Assembly (NCBI RefSeq): GCF_964213995.1
Contig: NW_027590192.1
Coordinates: 124,001-188,000, forward strand
Length of the DNA stretch: 64,000 nucleotides
Source: Mustelus asterias
Lineage: Eukaryota
Reading direction: 5' to 3'
Below the pieces are notes generated by a model. The model saw only the letters and a program-made list of their open reading frames with translations. It searched no databases and was not told the origin of the DNA. Below are positions 36,566 through 49,669 of this stretch, one piece after another (position 1 is the first letter of the stretch; every line of letters begins with the position of its first letter). Position numbers and translations under genes: made by a program.

Positions 36566-36832
36566 CAGCCCCGCCCCTCATTCACTCCCATTGGCTGGAG
36601 GACGAGGCTCTCCCGCGCGGTCCTCCAGCCCCGCCCCTCATTCACTCCGATTGGCTGGAGGACCAGGCTGTCCCGCTCGGTCCTCCCGCCCCGCCCCTCA
36701 TTCACTCCGATTGGCTGGAGGACCAGGCTGTCCCGCTCGGTCCTCCAGCCCCGCCCCTCATTCACTCCGATTGGCTGGAGGACCAGGCTGTCCCGCTCGG
36801 TCCTCCAGCCCCGCCCCTCATTCTCTCCCATT
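36566..36832. repeat. 60-bp tandem repeat, ~4.5 copies, each with a GC box, a CCAAT box and a 12-bp inverted repeat
   Basis: Unit cagccccgcccctcattcactccgattggctggaggaccaggctgtcccgctcggtcctc at 36566, 36626, 36686, 36746 and 36806. Confidence 0.95.
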
Positions 36833-37161
36833 GTCTGGTCACTGGAGATAAATCAGCAGGGGAAACAAAACAGGATTTTAACCTCCTGAAGCCAATTCAA
36901 GTCTGAGATGAAGAGGAATTTCTTCTCTCAGGGCGTTGTGAGTTTTTGGAATTCCTTGCCAGAGAGAGCTATGGGGGCAAAATCCTTGTGGTATATTTAA
37001 GACTGAGTTAGATTTTTGATCAATAAGGGAATCAGGGGTTATGGGGAAAGGGCAGGAAAGTGGATGTGAGGAATGTTGGGTCAGCCATGATCCTATTGAA
37101 TGCTGGAGCAGGCCTGAGGGGCCGATCTGCCTTCTCCTGTTCCTATTTCTTTTTGTCTTAA

Positions 37162-37466
37162 TCATGGAATCCTACGTACAGAAGGAGGCCATTCGGCCCA
37201 TCGAGTCTTCACTGACCACATTCCCACCTAGGTCCTATCCCCATAATCCCATGCATTTTCCCTAGTAGTCCCCCTGATACTAAGGGGCAATTTAGCATGG
37301 CCAATCCACCTAACCCACACATCTTTGTAGTGTGGGAGGAAACCGGAGCGCCCGGAGGAAACCCACACGGAGAGGATGTGCAAATGACACATAGACAGTG
37401 ACCCAAGCTGGGAATTGAATCCAGGTCCCTGGCGCTGAGGCAGCAGTGCTAACCACTGTGCCACCC
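37162..37466 (-). mobile_element. HE1-type V-SINE (preceded by a CR1 3' fragment at 36895-37160)
   Basis: Canonical head, V-domain and tail on the minus strand. Confidence 0.9.
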
Positions 37467-37479
37467 GAGGATTCTGAGG

Positions 37480-38760
37480 TCAATTATAGCATGTGTGTTG
37501 ATGTCTACCTGTCATGTGTCAAATTTTTCCGCACAGTCATAGGTGTATCAGGAGTATAGTAGGGGGCTGAGAACACAGCCTTGTGGGGCACTAATGTTGA
37601 GGATGATCATGGAGTAGGTGTTGTTGCCTATCCTTGCTGATTGTGGTCTATGAATTAGGAAGTTCAGGATCCAGTCAGAGAAGGAGGTGCCAAGGCCCAG
37701 GCCATGGAGTTTGGAGAGGAGTTTCTTGGGAATAATAGTGTTGAAGGCTGAGCTGTAGTCAATAAATAGGAGTCTGACATAGGTGTCCTTGTTATCTAGG
37801 TGTCCCGGGATTGAGTGTAGGGCCAGGGAAATGGCATCTGCTGTGGACCTGTTGCGGTGGTAGGCAAACTGTAGTGGATCCAGGTAGTCCGGGAGGCTGG
37901 AATTGATTCGTGCCATGACTAACCTTTCGAAGCACTTCATAATGATGGATGTCAGAGCCACCGGCCGATAGTCATTAAGGCACGCTGCTTGATTTTTCTT
38001 AGGTACCGGGATGATGGTCATCTTCTTGAAGCAGATAGGGCCCTCAGATTGTTGTAAAGAGAGGTTGAAGATGTCTGTGAATACCTCTGCCAGCTAATCC
38101 ATGCAGGATCTGAGTGCATTTTCGGGTACCCCACCTGGGTCAGTTGCTTTCCGTGGGTTGACCTTCAAGAAAGCTGCTCTGACATCTGAAGTGGTGACCC
38201 CCAGATACAGGTTCATCCAGGGCTTCCAGGGTGGAGGGCATGCTCTCGCTGACCACTTTCTCAAAACGGACGTAGAATGCATTGATCTCATCAGGGAGGG
38301 GTGCGTTGGAGCCGGCAATTTTACATGCCTTCATCTTGTAGCCTGTTATGTCTTGCAGACCTTGCCATAATTGGGGTCGGTGTGGCTAGCCTGGGACTCT
38401 AACTTGGTCTGGTATTGTCTTTTCGCATCTTTGATGGATCTCCTTCGATCGTATCTGGCTATCTGGCTTTCTTGTGTAGGTCAATGTCCACCTTCCACCT
38501 TCTTCTGTCGGGAAAAAGATATAAAATCTTGAAGTCACATACCAACCAACTCAAGAACAGCTTCTTCTCTGCTGCCATCAGACTTTTGAATGGACTTACC
38601 TCGCACTAAATTGATCTTTCTCTACACCCTAGCTATGACTGTAACACTACATTCTGCACTATCTCCTTTCCTTCTGCATGAATGTTATGCTTTGTCTGTA
38701 TAGCGCGCAAGAAACAATACTTTTCAGTGTATATATTTGACAATAAATCCAATCAAATCA
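37480..38760. mobile_element. Rex1/Babar-type LINE fragment with inversion (RT part minus, 3' tail plus)
   Basis: Minus ORF 37548-38021 has [35 protein letters not shown]; plus-strand tail 38485-38760. Confidence 0.85.
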
Positions 38761-39949
38761 AAACAAATTTGGATGTGAATGTACAATGCATGGTTAGTAA
38801 GTTTGTGGATGATACTAAGTTAGGAGTATTATTGATAGCGAAGATGTACAATGTCAATGGCACCTGCTAGGTATTGTGCAATACATCTAATCCCATCAGA
38901 TTAGAGCAGCAAGGATTAGGGCCAAGGGAATATTGGACTGCAGAGTTACAATAACATTAGATTTTGTTTCTCCTTGTAACCTGTCTTAGAATTTCCTTCA
39001 ATAACGAGACGATCAATATTTCCTTCAACAACTAGATGATCAATATGAGAGGATGAGCATTTCTGCAATTACAAAAGGAAAATTAGTGGCTGCAATTATC
39101 CTGAGATATTCTGCATTGTCTACTATCTCCAACTGGGCCTGATAACATAGGGTGGGAATGGAATGTTCAATGTTAGTGTTTGTTGTTGTTTCTGTGCGGA
39201 ATGTAAGATTCTGTTTCAGCGAAGAAGGTAGAATATTGGATGGTCAAGACTGCTCGTTGTCCTTGGAGGGTCATTTTTCCCGAAATTTCTTGAACTTTGT
39301 GGCTTTATCCCCAATATTAGACAGATGGGTGAGCGTTGTCCGCCTCAAAGGACAGTAAGTGTCCCGTGTGTATATTTGTGTGTGAGTAAGTGTATCCATG
39401 TGTGTATGTGTGTATCATGGAGTATATCTGCATATATCCTGTGTGCATGTACCTGTTGATATACGTGGGTTTCTGTGCATTGAGAAGATGTCCGTTTGTG
39501 TGTGACTGCGGGAGAGAGTGTGTGGGCCTCTGTGTTTAGCTGTGTGCTGCTTTTCATTAACTGTACGACAAGCCTTCCTCTCCAAACAAACAATGTGGTT
39601 CCTGAGAATTCCATGGAGTGATTTGAATGATGCAATTCGGAGATTCTCCATCCAGGGTGAAACCACAGGCTGCCCGTGTGCTGTGTAAAACTTGACATAG
39701 TAAGAAGTTTAACAACACCAGGTTAAAGTGCAACAGGTTTATTTGGTAGCAAAAGCCACACAAGCTTTCGGAGCTCTAACACTTGACATTGCAGAGGTCC
39801 TATTTCTCCCAGAATAACCTGGTATCTGCTGCTTTTCAGATCCCTTCCTTTCCGCTCATCTGTTTGAAGCCACAAACAGAAAGGTCCAGTTTTCTCCTGG
39901 AGTTTGACACAAAGCAGCTTTCACAATGATGCAGAGTTTCAGCCAATGA

Positions 39950-40570
39950 GGGAGATCCGGGCTCAGCCCCGCCTCTCATTCACTCTGATTGGTTGGGGGA
40001 CCAGCCGCTCCCGCTCTGTCCTCCAGCCCCGCCCCTCATTCACTCCGATTGGTTGGAGGATCAGCCACTCCCGCTCGGTCCTCCAGCACCGCCCCCTCTT
40101 CCTATTGGCCCGGAACTGCCGTCAATCAGTCCCCGGGCATTGTGATGTGGAGCATGCGCAGTGTCATTGCTGTCCTTGGCGCTTGTTTGTCCCGGAGAAG
40201 CGGAGTCAGCGTTAGGCGGTGGCTGGGAGGATTTGGAAACACTTTGTGGATCCGCAAACCCTTCAGAATCATTGTCAGCTCCCTGGTTTGCAGCTGCGGG
40301 GCTTCTCCCTCCCTCCCTCCCGGGAACAGGCCCAGGTTAGCGGCCCCATCCTGGCTCAGCCACTGGAGGATGGTTCACATCAGAGGATGGGGGAGGGGGA
40401 CAATAAATAAGAGGTTACACTTTGGCCTCAAATCAATGAGGACTCTGATCTCTGGGAAGGAAGGAAACCCTGGGAGGTGGGCGGGGAGGATTCACAAACA
40501 CCCGCTGGAGGCCCCAACACCCTCAATAAGACCCAATGGTTTTATTGTCAGTCTGCAGACAGCAGCTGGA
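39950..40570 (+). promoter_or_regulatory. Promoter cassette copy 2, upstream of Z6 and Z7
   Basis: About 2.5 copies of the 60-bp unit, GCATGCGCA at 40152; only about 3 differences from 6601-6980. Confidence 0.7.
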
Positions 40571-40583
40571 GAACTGAACCCAG

Positions 40584-41203
40584 TGAGAAGTCTCACAACA
40601 CCAGGTTAAAGTCCAACAGGTTTATTTGGTAGCACAAGCCACTAGCTTTCGGAGCGCTGCTCCTTCATCAGGTGAGTGGGAATTCTGTTCACAAACAGGG
40701 CACATGAAGACAACAATCCCATCCAGGCCCTATCCACATATTTACCTTGATACCAAGTGGCAATTTATCCTGGCCAATCCGTCTAACCGGCTTCGTGACG
40801 TGGCAGAACTTCCTTAGCTGTGGTTATCTTGGCATTCTAAACCACAGTGAGTCGTGCCTGACCGGTGGCCCCGCAGGGTATCAGGCAGCCACAACACTGG
40901 CAGATTTGGTACATGCTGGAAGACGACTGGCCGATAACTGCCAAACACACTTCTGGGCCTTCAAACCCATTAATTCAAAGAAACTATTGTACGTGACAAG
41001 TGTATCCGACTTGTCCCGGGGATAGTTGGTGATGTGCATTTTTATGCCCTGTTTGTGAACAGAACTCCCACTCATCTGATGAAGGGGCAGCGCTCTGAAA
41101 GTTAGTGGCTTGTGCTACCAAATAAACCTGTTGGACTTTAACCTGGTGTTGTGAGACTTCTTACTATGCTTACCCCAGTCCAACGCCGGCATCTCCACAT
41201 CAT
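40584..41203. mobile_element. Non-autonomous Penelope-derived element: inverted pLTRs around ~330 bp of cargo, 13-bp target-site duplication
   Basis: pLTR minus 40587-40705 and plus 41040-41203; gaactgaacccag at 40571-40583 and 41204-41216; hammerhead cores at 40633-40676 (-) and 41071-41114 (+). Confidence 0.85.
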
Positions 41204-41763
41204 GAACTGAACCCAGACACAGGAGAGGGAGGGAGAAAACTGGGAGTGCAGGAAAGAAATGGCGGAGATGGTTTGGATTTCAGCCTTGGGAGGATGGAGA
41301 GTGTGTGGGATGGGGATTTACAGATTTGGGGGAATGAGAGAGGAAGAAATATTCCAGAGAATTAGAATTGTCTGTTCAAAATTTCTATCCTGGACTGGCA
41401 GTGATTAATTTTGTAAATTCCTTTTACAGGTGAGGCGTGGAAACATCACATCAAAATCAGACAGAGTCTCAATTTATCAGGGTCTGAATATCCTCAGACT
41501 TTGAATGTGGAAGGAGAAATGAGGTTGTTTGTTCTGCCTGGAGAAGATTTCAAACATCAGTGTGACTGGAAACGCACCAAGATACACACACAACCCAAGT
41601 GAGAGTGTTCCAGTGAATTGACTGTGGAAAGAGCTTTATCCAGTTACGCAGCCTGAAAAAACATCACACCATTCACAGCAAGGAAAAACTGTGCACGTGT
41701 TCTGTGTGTGGGCGAGTCTTCAACTGATTGTGCAACCTGGAGAGACACAAGGATACCAGCACC

Positions 41764-42687
41764 ATGGAGAAACCATGGAAATGTGGGGACTGTGGGAAAG
41801 GATTCAGTTACCCTTCCCTGCTGGAAAACCATCGGCGCAGTCACACTGGGGAGAGACCGTTCACCTGTTCTGTCTGTGGGGAGGGATTCATTCAGTCATC
41901 TGGCCTTTGGTCTCACCAGAGAATTCACACTGAGGAAAAGCCATTCACCTGCACCTCCTGTGGGAAGAGGTTCAGGCATTCTTCAGCACTCACTGTGCAC
42001 CAACGCAGTCACACCGGGGAGAGACCATTCATCTGCTCCGTGTGTGGGAAGGGATTCACTCAGTCATTCCACCTGCTGTCACACCAGTGAGTTCATACTG
42101 GGGAGAGGCCGTTCACCTGCTCCGACTGTGGGAAGGGATTCACTGGGTCATCCCACTTACTGTTACACCAGCGAGTTCACATTGAGGAGAAGCCATTCAG
42201 CTGCACTGACTGTGGATGGAGTTTCAGACAGGCATCCTCCCTCATTGCACACCAGCGAATTCACACTGGGGAGAGACCGTTTACTTGCTTTGTGTGTGGA
42301 AAGGGATTCACAGCTTTACCCACCCTGCTGAGACACCAGAAAATTCACACTGAAGAGAAGCCATTCAGCTGCACTGACTGTGGAAAGAATTTCAGGCAGT
42401 CATCCAACCTCACTGCTCACCGACGCACTCACACTGCAGAAAGAGCATTCACATGCTCCGTGTGTGGGAAGGGATTCAATCGGTCATCCGACCTCTCTGC
42501 TCACCAGCGAGTTCACACAGGGGAGAGGCCATTCACTTGCTCCGTGTGTGGGAAAGGATTCGCAAAGTTTTTCAACCTGCTGGCTCACCAACGCACTCAC
42601 ACTAAGAGGCCATTCAACTGCTCTGTGTGTGGGAAGGGATTCACTCAGTCACAATGACTCCTGAGACTTCAGCAAGTTCATAAGTGA
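41764..42687 (+). pseudogene. Z6: 11-finger ZNF with nonsense codons
   Basis: Frame conserved, but TGA at 42088 (CGA>TGA in HQRVH) and at 42655. Confidence 0.85.
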
Positions 42688-43039
42688 CTGCAGGGGTTGG
42701 ACTCTGCTGGTATTGCTGCTGTTCAGTATTGATAGTCTGACAATATTTTATTTCTGCTGATAACAAATCCCATAACTAGCTGGAATTTAATATTCTGGAA
42801 GTGTCACTGATTTTCAGGGCTGCAATGTCACTTTTTAAAAGCACCACCAGTGATCTTCCCCCTCAATTGAAGAACTCTCAACAGGAACCTGTTTGGAATA
42901 AAATTATGAACTTTTGCTTCAATTTCACAGCATATTCAAATGTGAGGATTTGCAGTTGGAAAACTGAAACCAAACATCACATCAGGATCAGACAGAGTCG
43001 CCCAGTTTATCGTAATATGCGTATCATTGGATTTTGAAC

Positions 43040-43849
43040 ATGGAAAGAAAAAGCACCGCTCACAGTGGGGAGAAACTGTACACGTGTTCCGTGTGTGGAC
43101 GAGGATTCAGCCGTTTATCTGGCCTGTCAAAACATAAATGCAGTCACGGTGGGGAGAAATTGTGGAAATGTGAGTATTGTGGCAAGGGATTCAGTTCCCC
43201 ATCAGAGCTGGAAATTCATCGACGGTGTCACACTGGGGAGAGACCGTTCACCTGCTCCGAGTGTGGGAAAGGATTCACTCAGTTGTCCCACCTGGTGAGA
43301 CACCAGCGAATTCACACTGGGGAGAGACCATTCACCTGCTCTGTGTGCAAGGTGGGATTCACTCAGTCAACCCACCTGGTGTCACACCAGCGAGTCCACA
43401 CGGGAGAGAGACCATTCACCTGTTTTGTGTGCAAAATGGGATTCACTCAGTCAACCCACCTGGTGACACACCAGCGAGTTCACACTGGGGAGAGACCATT
43501 CACCTGCTCAGAGTGTGGGAAGAAATTCAGTCGGTCGTTTCACCTTCTGATTCACCAGCGAATTCACTCTGGAGAGAGACCATTCACCTGCTCTGAGTGT
43601 GAGAAGGCATTCATTACATCAACAGAACTGTTGACACACCAGCGGATTCACACTGAGGATAACTCGTTCACCTGCTCCAAATGTGGGAAGGAATTCGCTA
43701 ACTCTTCTAACCTGATCTGCCATCAACGGATTCACACTGACGAGAGACCTTTTAAATGCCCAGACCGTGGAAAGTGCTTTAAAAGTTTTGGGAACTTGAC
43801 CCATCAACGGGTTCACACTCGAGTTCAGATGCTTTCACTGTGGGACTGA
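43040..43849 (+). CDS. Z7: C2H2 ZNF, 8 intact fingers, decayed tail (relics to ~43970)
   Basis: ATG at 43040 ([12 protein letters not shown]); acceptor tttcacAG at 42929-42930; finger 9 lacks its second Cys. Confidence 0.78.
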   Translation: MERKSTAHSGEKLYTCSVCGRGFSRLSGLSKHKCSHGGEKLWKCEYCGKGFSSPSELEIHRRCHTGERPFTCSECGKGFTQLSHLVRHQRIHTGERPFTCSVCKVGFTQSTHLVSHQRVHTGERPFTCFVCKMGFTQSTHLVTHQRVHTGERPFTCSECGKKFSRSFHLLIHQRIHSGERPFTCSECEKAFITSTELLTHQRIHTEDNSFTCSKCGKEFANSSNLICHQRIHTDERPFKCPDRGKCFKSFGNLTHQRVHTRVQMLSLWD

Positions 43850-43859
43850 GTTCAGATAA

Positions 43860-44057
<198 letters not shown>

Positions 44058-44291
44058 TAGTATTCTGAGTTTTTAAAAAAAAATCAACTTTGCTTTAATT
44101 TTTGAATGACTGCATCTTCATTTGGGAGGCTGGGATTATCCCCGTTTCGAGGGAACTAAGGAATAGACCATAAGCCGTAGGAGCAGCATTCGGCCATTCA
44201 GCCTTCATTATAACAATGATCCCATTGTGATTTCTGCTGGTTGGGAAATGTGCGATATTAACGCCAGTCTGTCTTTCTTTAATTCCCTTCA

Positions 44292-46455
44292 AAGAACAAA
44301 GAACAGTACAGCACAGGAAACAGGCCCTTCGGCCCTCCAAGCCTGTGCCGCTCCTTGGTCCAACTAGACCAATCGTTTGTATCCCTCCATTCCCAGGCTG
44401 CTCATGTGACGATCCAGGTAAGTCTTAAAAGATGTCAGCGTGCCTGCCTCCACCACCCTACTTGGCAGCGCATTCCAGGCCCCCACCACCCTCTGTGTAA
44501 AAAACGTCCCTCTGATGTCTGAGTTATACTTCGCCCCTCTCAGCTTGAGCCCGTGACCCCTCGTGATCGTCACCTCCGACCTGGGAAAAAGCTTCCCACT
44601 GTTCACCCTATCTATACCCTTCATAATCTTGTATACCTCTATTAGATCTCCCCTCATTCTCCGTCTTTCCAAGGAGAACAACCCCAGTCTACCCAATCTC
44701 TCCTCATAGCTAAGACCCTCCATACCAGGCAACATCCTGGTAAACCTTCTCTGCACTCTCTCCAATGCCTCCACGTCCTTCTGGTAGTGCGGCGACCAGA
44801 ACTGGACGCAGTACTCCAAATGTGGCCTCACCAGCGTTCTATACAGCTGCATCATCAGACTCCAGCTTTTATACTCTATACCCCGTCCTATAAAGGCAAG
44901 CATACCATATGCCTTCTTCACCACCTTCTCCACCTGTGTTGCCACCTTCAAGGATTTGTGGACTTGCACACCTAGGTCCCTCTGTGTTTCTATACTCCTG
45001 ATGACTCTGCCATTTATTGTATAACTCCTCCCTACATTATTTCTTCCAAAATGCATCACTTCGCATTTATCCGGATTAAACTCCATCTGCCACCTCTCCG
45101 CCCAATTTTCCAGCCTATCTATATCCTGCTGTATTGCCCGACAATGCTCTTCGCTATCCGCAATTCCAGCCATCTTCGTGTCATCCGCAAACTTGCTGAT
45201 TACACCAGTTACACCTTCTTCCAAATCATTTATATATATCACAAATAGCAGAGATCCCAGTACAGAGCCCTGCGGAACACCACTGGTCACAGACCTCCAG
45301 CTGGAAAAAGACCCTTCGACCACTACCCTCTGTCTCCTATGGCCAAGCCAGTTCTCCACCCATCTAGCCACTTCTCCTTGTATCCCATGAGCCTTAACCT
45401 TCTTAACCAACCTGCCATGTGGGACTTTGTCAAATGCCTTACTGAAATCCATATAGACGACATCCACGGCCCTTCCTTCATCAACCGTTTTTGTCACTTC
45501 CTCAAAAAACTCCACCAAATTTGTAAGGCACGACCTCCCTCTTACAAAACCATGCTGTCTGTCACTAATGAGATTGTTTCGTTCTAAATGCACATACATC
45601 CTGTCTCTAAGAATCCTCTCCAACAACTTCCCTACCACGGACGTCAAGCTCACCGGCCTATAATTTCCTGGGTTATCCCTGCTACCCTTCTTAAACAACG
45701 GGACCACATTCGCTATCCTCCAATCCTCAGGGACCTCACCCGTGTCCAAAGAAGCGACAAAGATTTCCGTCAGAGGCCCAGCAATTTCATCTCTCGTCTC
45801 CCTGAGCAGTCGAGGATAGATGCCATCAGGCCCTGGGGCTTTGTCAGTTTAAATGTTCCCTAAAAAACCTAACACTTCCTCTCTTGTAATGGAGATTTTC
45901 TCTAACGGGTCAACACCTCCCTCCGAGACACTCCCGGTTAACACGCCCCTCTCCTTCGTGAATACCGATGCAAAGTATTCATTTAGGATCTCCCCTATTC
46001 CCTTGGGTTCTAAGCATAATTCCCCTCCTTTGTCCCTGAGAGGTCCGATTTTCTCCCTGACAACTCTTTTGTTCCTAATGTATGCATAGAATGCCTTAGG
46101 ATTCTCCTTAATCCTGCCTGCCAAGAACATCTCGTGACCTCTTTTTGCCCTTCTAACTCCCCGTTTGAGATCTTTCCTACTCTCTCTGTATTCCTCCAGA
46201 GCTCCATCTGTTTTCAGTTGCCTGGACTTAATGTACGCCTTCCTTTTCATTTTAATCAGATCCTCAATTTCCCTGGTTATCCACAGCTCTCGAATCCTAC
46301 CTTTCCTATCTTTCCTTTTTACAGGCACATGCCTATCCTGCAGCCTTATCAATAGTTCCTTAAAAGACTCCCACATGCCAGACGCGGACTTACCCTCGAA
46401 CATCCTCTCCCAATCAACATCCACCAATTCCTGCCTAATCCGGCTATAGTCAGCC
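44292..46455 (-). mobile_element. 5'-truncated CR1, near-identical to 16665-18822
   Basis: ORFs 45849-46490 and 44364-45749 share a frame, split by AAA>TAA at 45849-45851. Confidence 0.96.
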
Positions 46456-47212
46456 CAGTCAATCCCAGTCCTCTGGTTACTGACCCGCATCAGTGGAACA
46501 GTTTCTCCCGATCTGCTCTATCAAACCACCCGTCCCCACCCCGATAATCTTGAACAGCTCCATGAAATCTCCATTTAAACTTCTTTGTTCTAAAGGGAAC
46601 AAATTTGGGGGAGGCGATGCCTAATGGTATTATCGATAGACTATTGATCCAGAAACACAGCTAATGTTCTGGGGACCCGGATTCGAATCCACATTTTGAA
46701 AAAGATGAACAGTGTCTGTGGTACCTGCTGGATGTGGTGCAGCACATTTCCCAGGACATTGGAGCAGTAATGAATGAGGCCAGGATGACAGAGTCAAAAC
46801 AACATTATATTCTTTATGCTTGAAACCTGTCTTAGAATTCTCTTCATTAACTGGACCATCAATGTGAGGGGAATTAGCATCTTCTGTAATTCCAGAGCCA
46901 AGAGACACTGATTACCCAGGGATGTTGTTCTGTAATTTACACTATCCCCCAGCAGGGCTCTTCACCCAGGCTGACAAGAGGCAGCTCAGTGTTAGTGATT
47001 TGTCACTGCTGCTGTTCCAGATGTTCAATATAGACTCAAGTTTAGAGAAAGGAGTGGAAATGGGTAATCAGAACTCTCACAATCCCTGGAGGGTAATGGT
47101 TACTTGAATTTCTCAAACATCGTGGTTTGTAAAGACACTGTTATTTCATCTCTAGTATTAGTCAGAATGGGCTGTATTCTCCACATGACAGGGCTGGAAT
47201 TATCTATGTGGA

Positions 47213-47982
47213 TGTGTGTCTATGAATGAAGATGTCTGTCTGGGTGTGGGTGTGTGTCTATGAATGAAGATGTCTGTCTGGGTGTGGGTGTGTGTCTATG
47301 AATGAAGATGTCTGTCTGGGTGTGGGTGTGTGTCTATGAATGAAGATGTCTGTCTGGGTGTGGGTGTGTGTCTATGAATGAAGATGTCTGTCTGGGTGTG
47401 GGTGTGTGTCTATGAATGAAGATGTCTGTCTGGGTGTGGGTGTGTGTCTATGAATGAAGATGTCTGTCTGGGTGTGGGTGTGTGTCTATGAATGAAGATG
47501 TCTGTCTGGGTGTGGGTGTGTGTCTATGAATGAAGATGTCTGTCTGGGTGTGGGTGTGTGTCTATGAATGAAGATGTCTGTCTGGGTGTGGGTGTGTGTC
47601 TATGAATGAAGATGTCTGTCTGGGTGTGGGTGTGTGTCTATGAATGAAGATGTCTGTCTGGGTGTGGGTGTGTGTCTATGAATGAAGATGTCTGTCTGGG
47701 TGTGGGTGTGTGTCTATGAATGAAGATGTCTGTCTGGGTGTGGGTGTGTGTCTATGAATGAAGATGTCTGTCTGGGTGTGGGTGTGTATCTATGAATGAA
47801 GATGTCTGTCTGGGTGTGGGTGTGTGTCTATGAATGAAGATGTCTGTCTGGGTGTGGGTGTGTGTCTATGAATGAAGATGTCTGTCTGGGTGTGGGTGTG
47901 TGTCTATGAATGAAGATGTCTGTCTGGGTGTGGGTGTGTCTCTATGAATGAAGATGTCTGTCTGGGTGTGGGTGTGTCTATG
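47213..47982. repeat. 38-bp minisatellite, ~20 near-perfect copies
   Basis: Unit tatgaatgaagatgtctgtctgggtgtgggtgtgtgtc at 47221+38n up to 47943. Confidence 0.97.
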
Positions 47983-48464
47983 TTTGCCCATGTCTGTGTA
48001 AGAGACAGGGAGAGAGAGTGTGTTTGGATCTCTGTGTTTGGATATCTTTATGTGCTGCTCCTTCTTAGGTGGTTCCTCTCAAAGGTTCCTCTCCGGGTGA
48101 TTTGAATAGAATCATTCAGAGATTCTTCATCCTGGGTGAATCCACAGGCTGACCATGTGCTGTGTAAAACCTGACATCCACACCACCAGACCCCACTTTT
48201 CCTGGAACAACATCAAGTGTTTGCTGCTTTCCTGATCCTTCCTTTTCCCTTCCTTTTCAATGATATCACTTCTCATTATTCTGAATTTCAGAGAGGACAG
48301 ACTCATCCCACTGAATGTCCTCCAAGGACAACCGCCTCATCTCAGGAATCAATCCAGTGAAATTTAGTTGCACAAAGACAGAGATCGAATAGAACAAAGA
48401 CCAAAAGAGGGAAATAGATAGAGACACAGACAGAGACTGTTCGAGTGAAAGAGACTGAGCGAGA

Positions 48465-49255
48465 GTTAGTCATAGTCATACAGTGCAGAAAACACCCTTC
48501 GACCCATAGAGTCTGCACCAACAATAGCTACCACTAAGCCCCATGCTAATCCCATTTTCCAGCACTTGTCCCATATCCTTATCTGAATGCTACAATATTT
48601 CAAGTGCTCATCCAAATACTTTTTAACGGTTGTTAAGTTTCCAGCCTCCACTACCTTCCCAGGCAGTTTATTACAGATTCCCACCACCCTCTGATTTTTT
48701 TTTTCTCAACTCTCCTCTGAATCTCTTGCCAGGTACCCTAAAACTATGTCCCCTCATGATTGACCCCTCAACCAAGGGTTCTACTCACCCGGTCCATATC
48801 CTTCATAATCTTATTCACCACAGTCATGTCCCCCTCAGCCTTCTCTGCTCTCAACACTCCAAACCTATCCAGTCTCCTTATAGCTCAAATGTTCCATCCC
48901 AGGCAACATCCTGGTGAATCTCCTCTGTACCCCCTCCAGTGCAATTACATCCTTCCTGGAGTGAGGTGACCAGAACTGCACACGGTACTCCAGCTGTGGC
49001 CTAACCAACATTCTGTACAGCTCCAACATTATCTCCTTGTTCTTATACTGTATGCCACGACTGATAAAAGCAAGTGTCTCTTATGCCTTGTTATCTATTC
49101 TATTCAGCAGCTCTGCTACCTTAAGTGAATAAGTACCCCAAGATCCATCTGCTTCTCTGATTTTACCTCGTGTCCTTCCATTCATTAATTATTTATTTAT
49201 CTTGTTACTTCTTCCAAACTGCATCACTTCACACTTATCAAGGTTAAATACCATA
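48465..49255 (-). mobile_element. Old CR1 3' fragment
   Basis: NKLPGKVVEAG..KKYLDEHL, and a QFWSPH-type segment on the minus strand. Confidence 0.8.
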
Positions 49256-49669
49256 TTTTTAAAATTAATTTGTGGGACATGGGTGTTGCTCGCTGGCCAT
49301 CCCTCGTTGCCCTTGAGAAGGTGGTGGTGAGCTACCTTCTTGAATCGCTGCAGTCCATGTGCTGTGGGTTTACCTACAATGCATTTCGGGAGGGAATTCC
49401 AGGATTTTGACCCAGCGACTGTGAAGGAATGGTGATATATTTTGAAGTCTACCAGTGTTCTGCCCATCTGACCAACCCAACTATATCTTGCTGCAACCTA
49501 CGCCAGTGTGGGGTGGACTCTAAAAGGACCCTGGGTCTCTGGAATACTCGTCCAGTAACAATTCCACCATGCACATTGGCAGATGTATCAATTGGTTTAA
49601 TAATTTTATATATTAACCCTGTAGTTCTGACCGTAATTGGATGACAAAATACAATTTTGTGTTGAAATT

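Noticed and set aside
36414-36906. Repetitive ORFs open in several frames
   Set aside because: A by-product of a stop-free 60-bp GC-rich tandem repeat.
47213-47982. CRISPR-like array
   Set aside because: Head-to-tail units with no unique spacers, no cas genes, and a vertebrate context.
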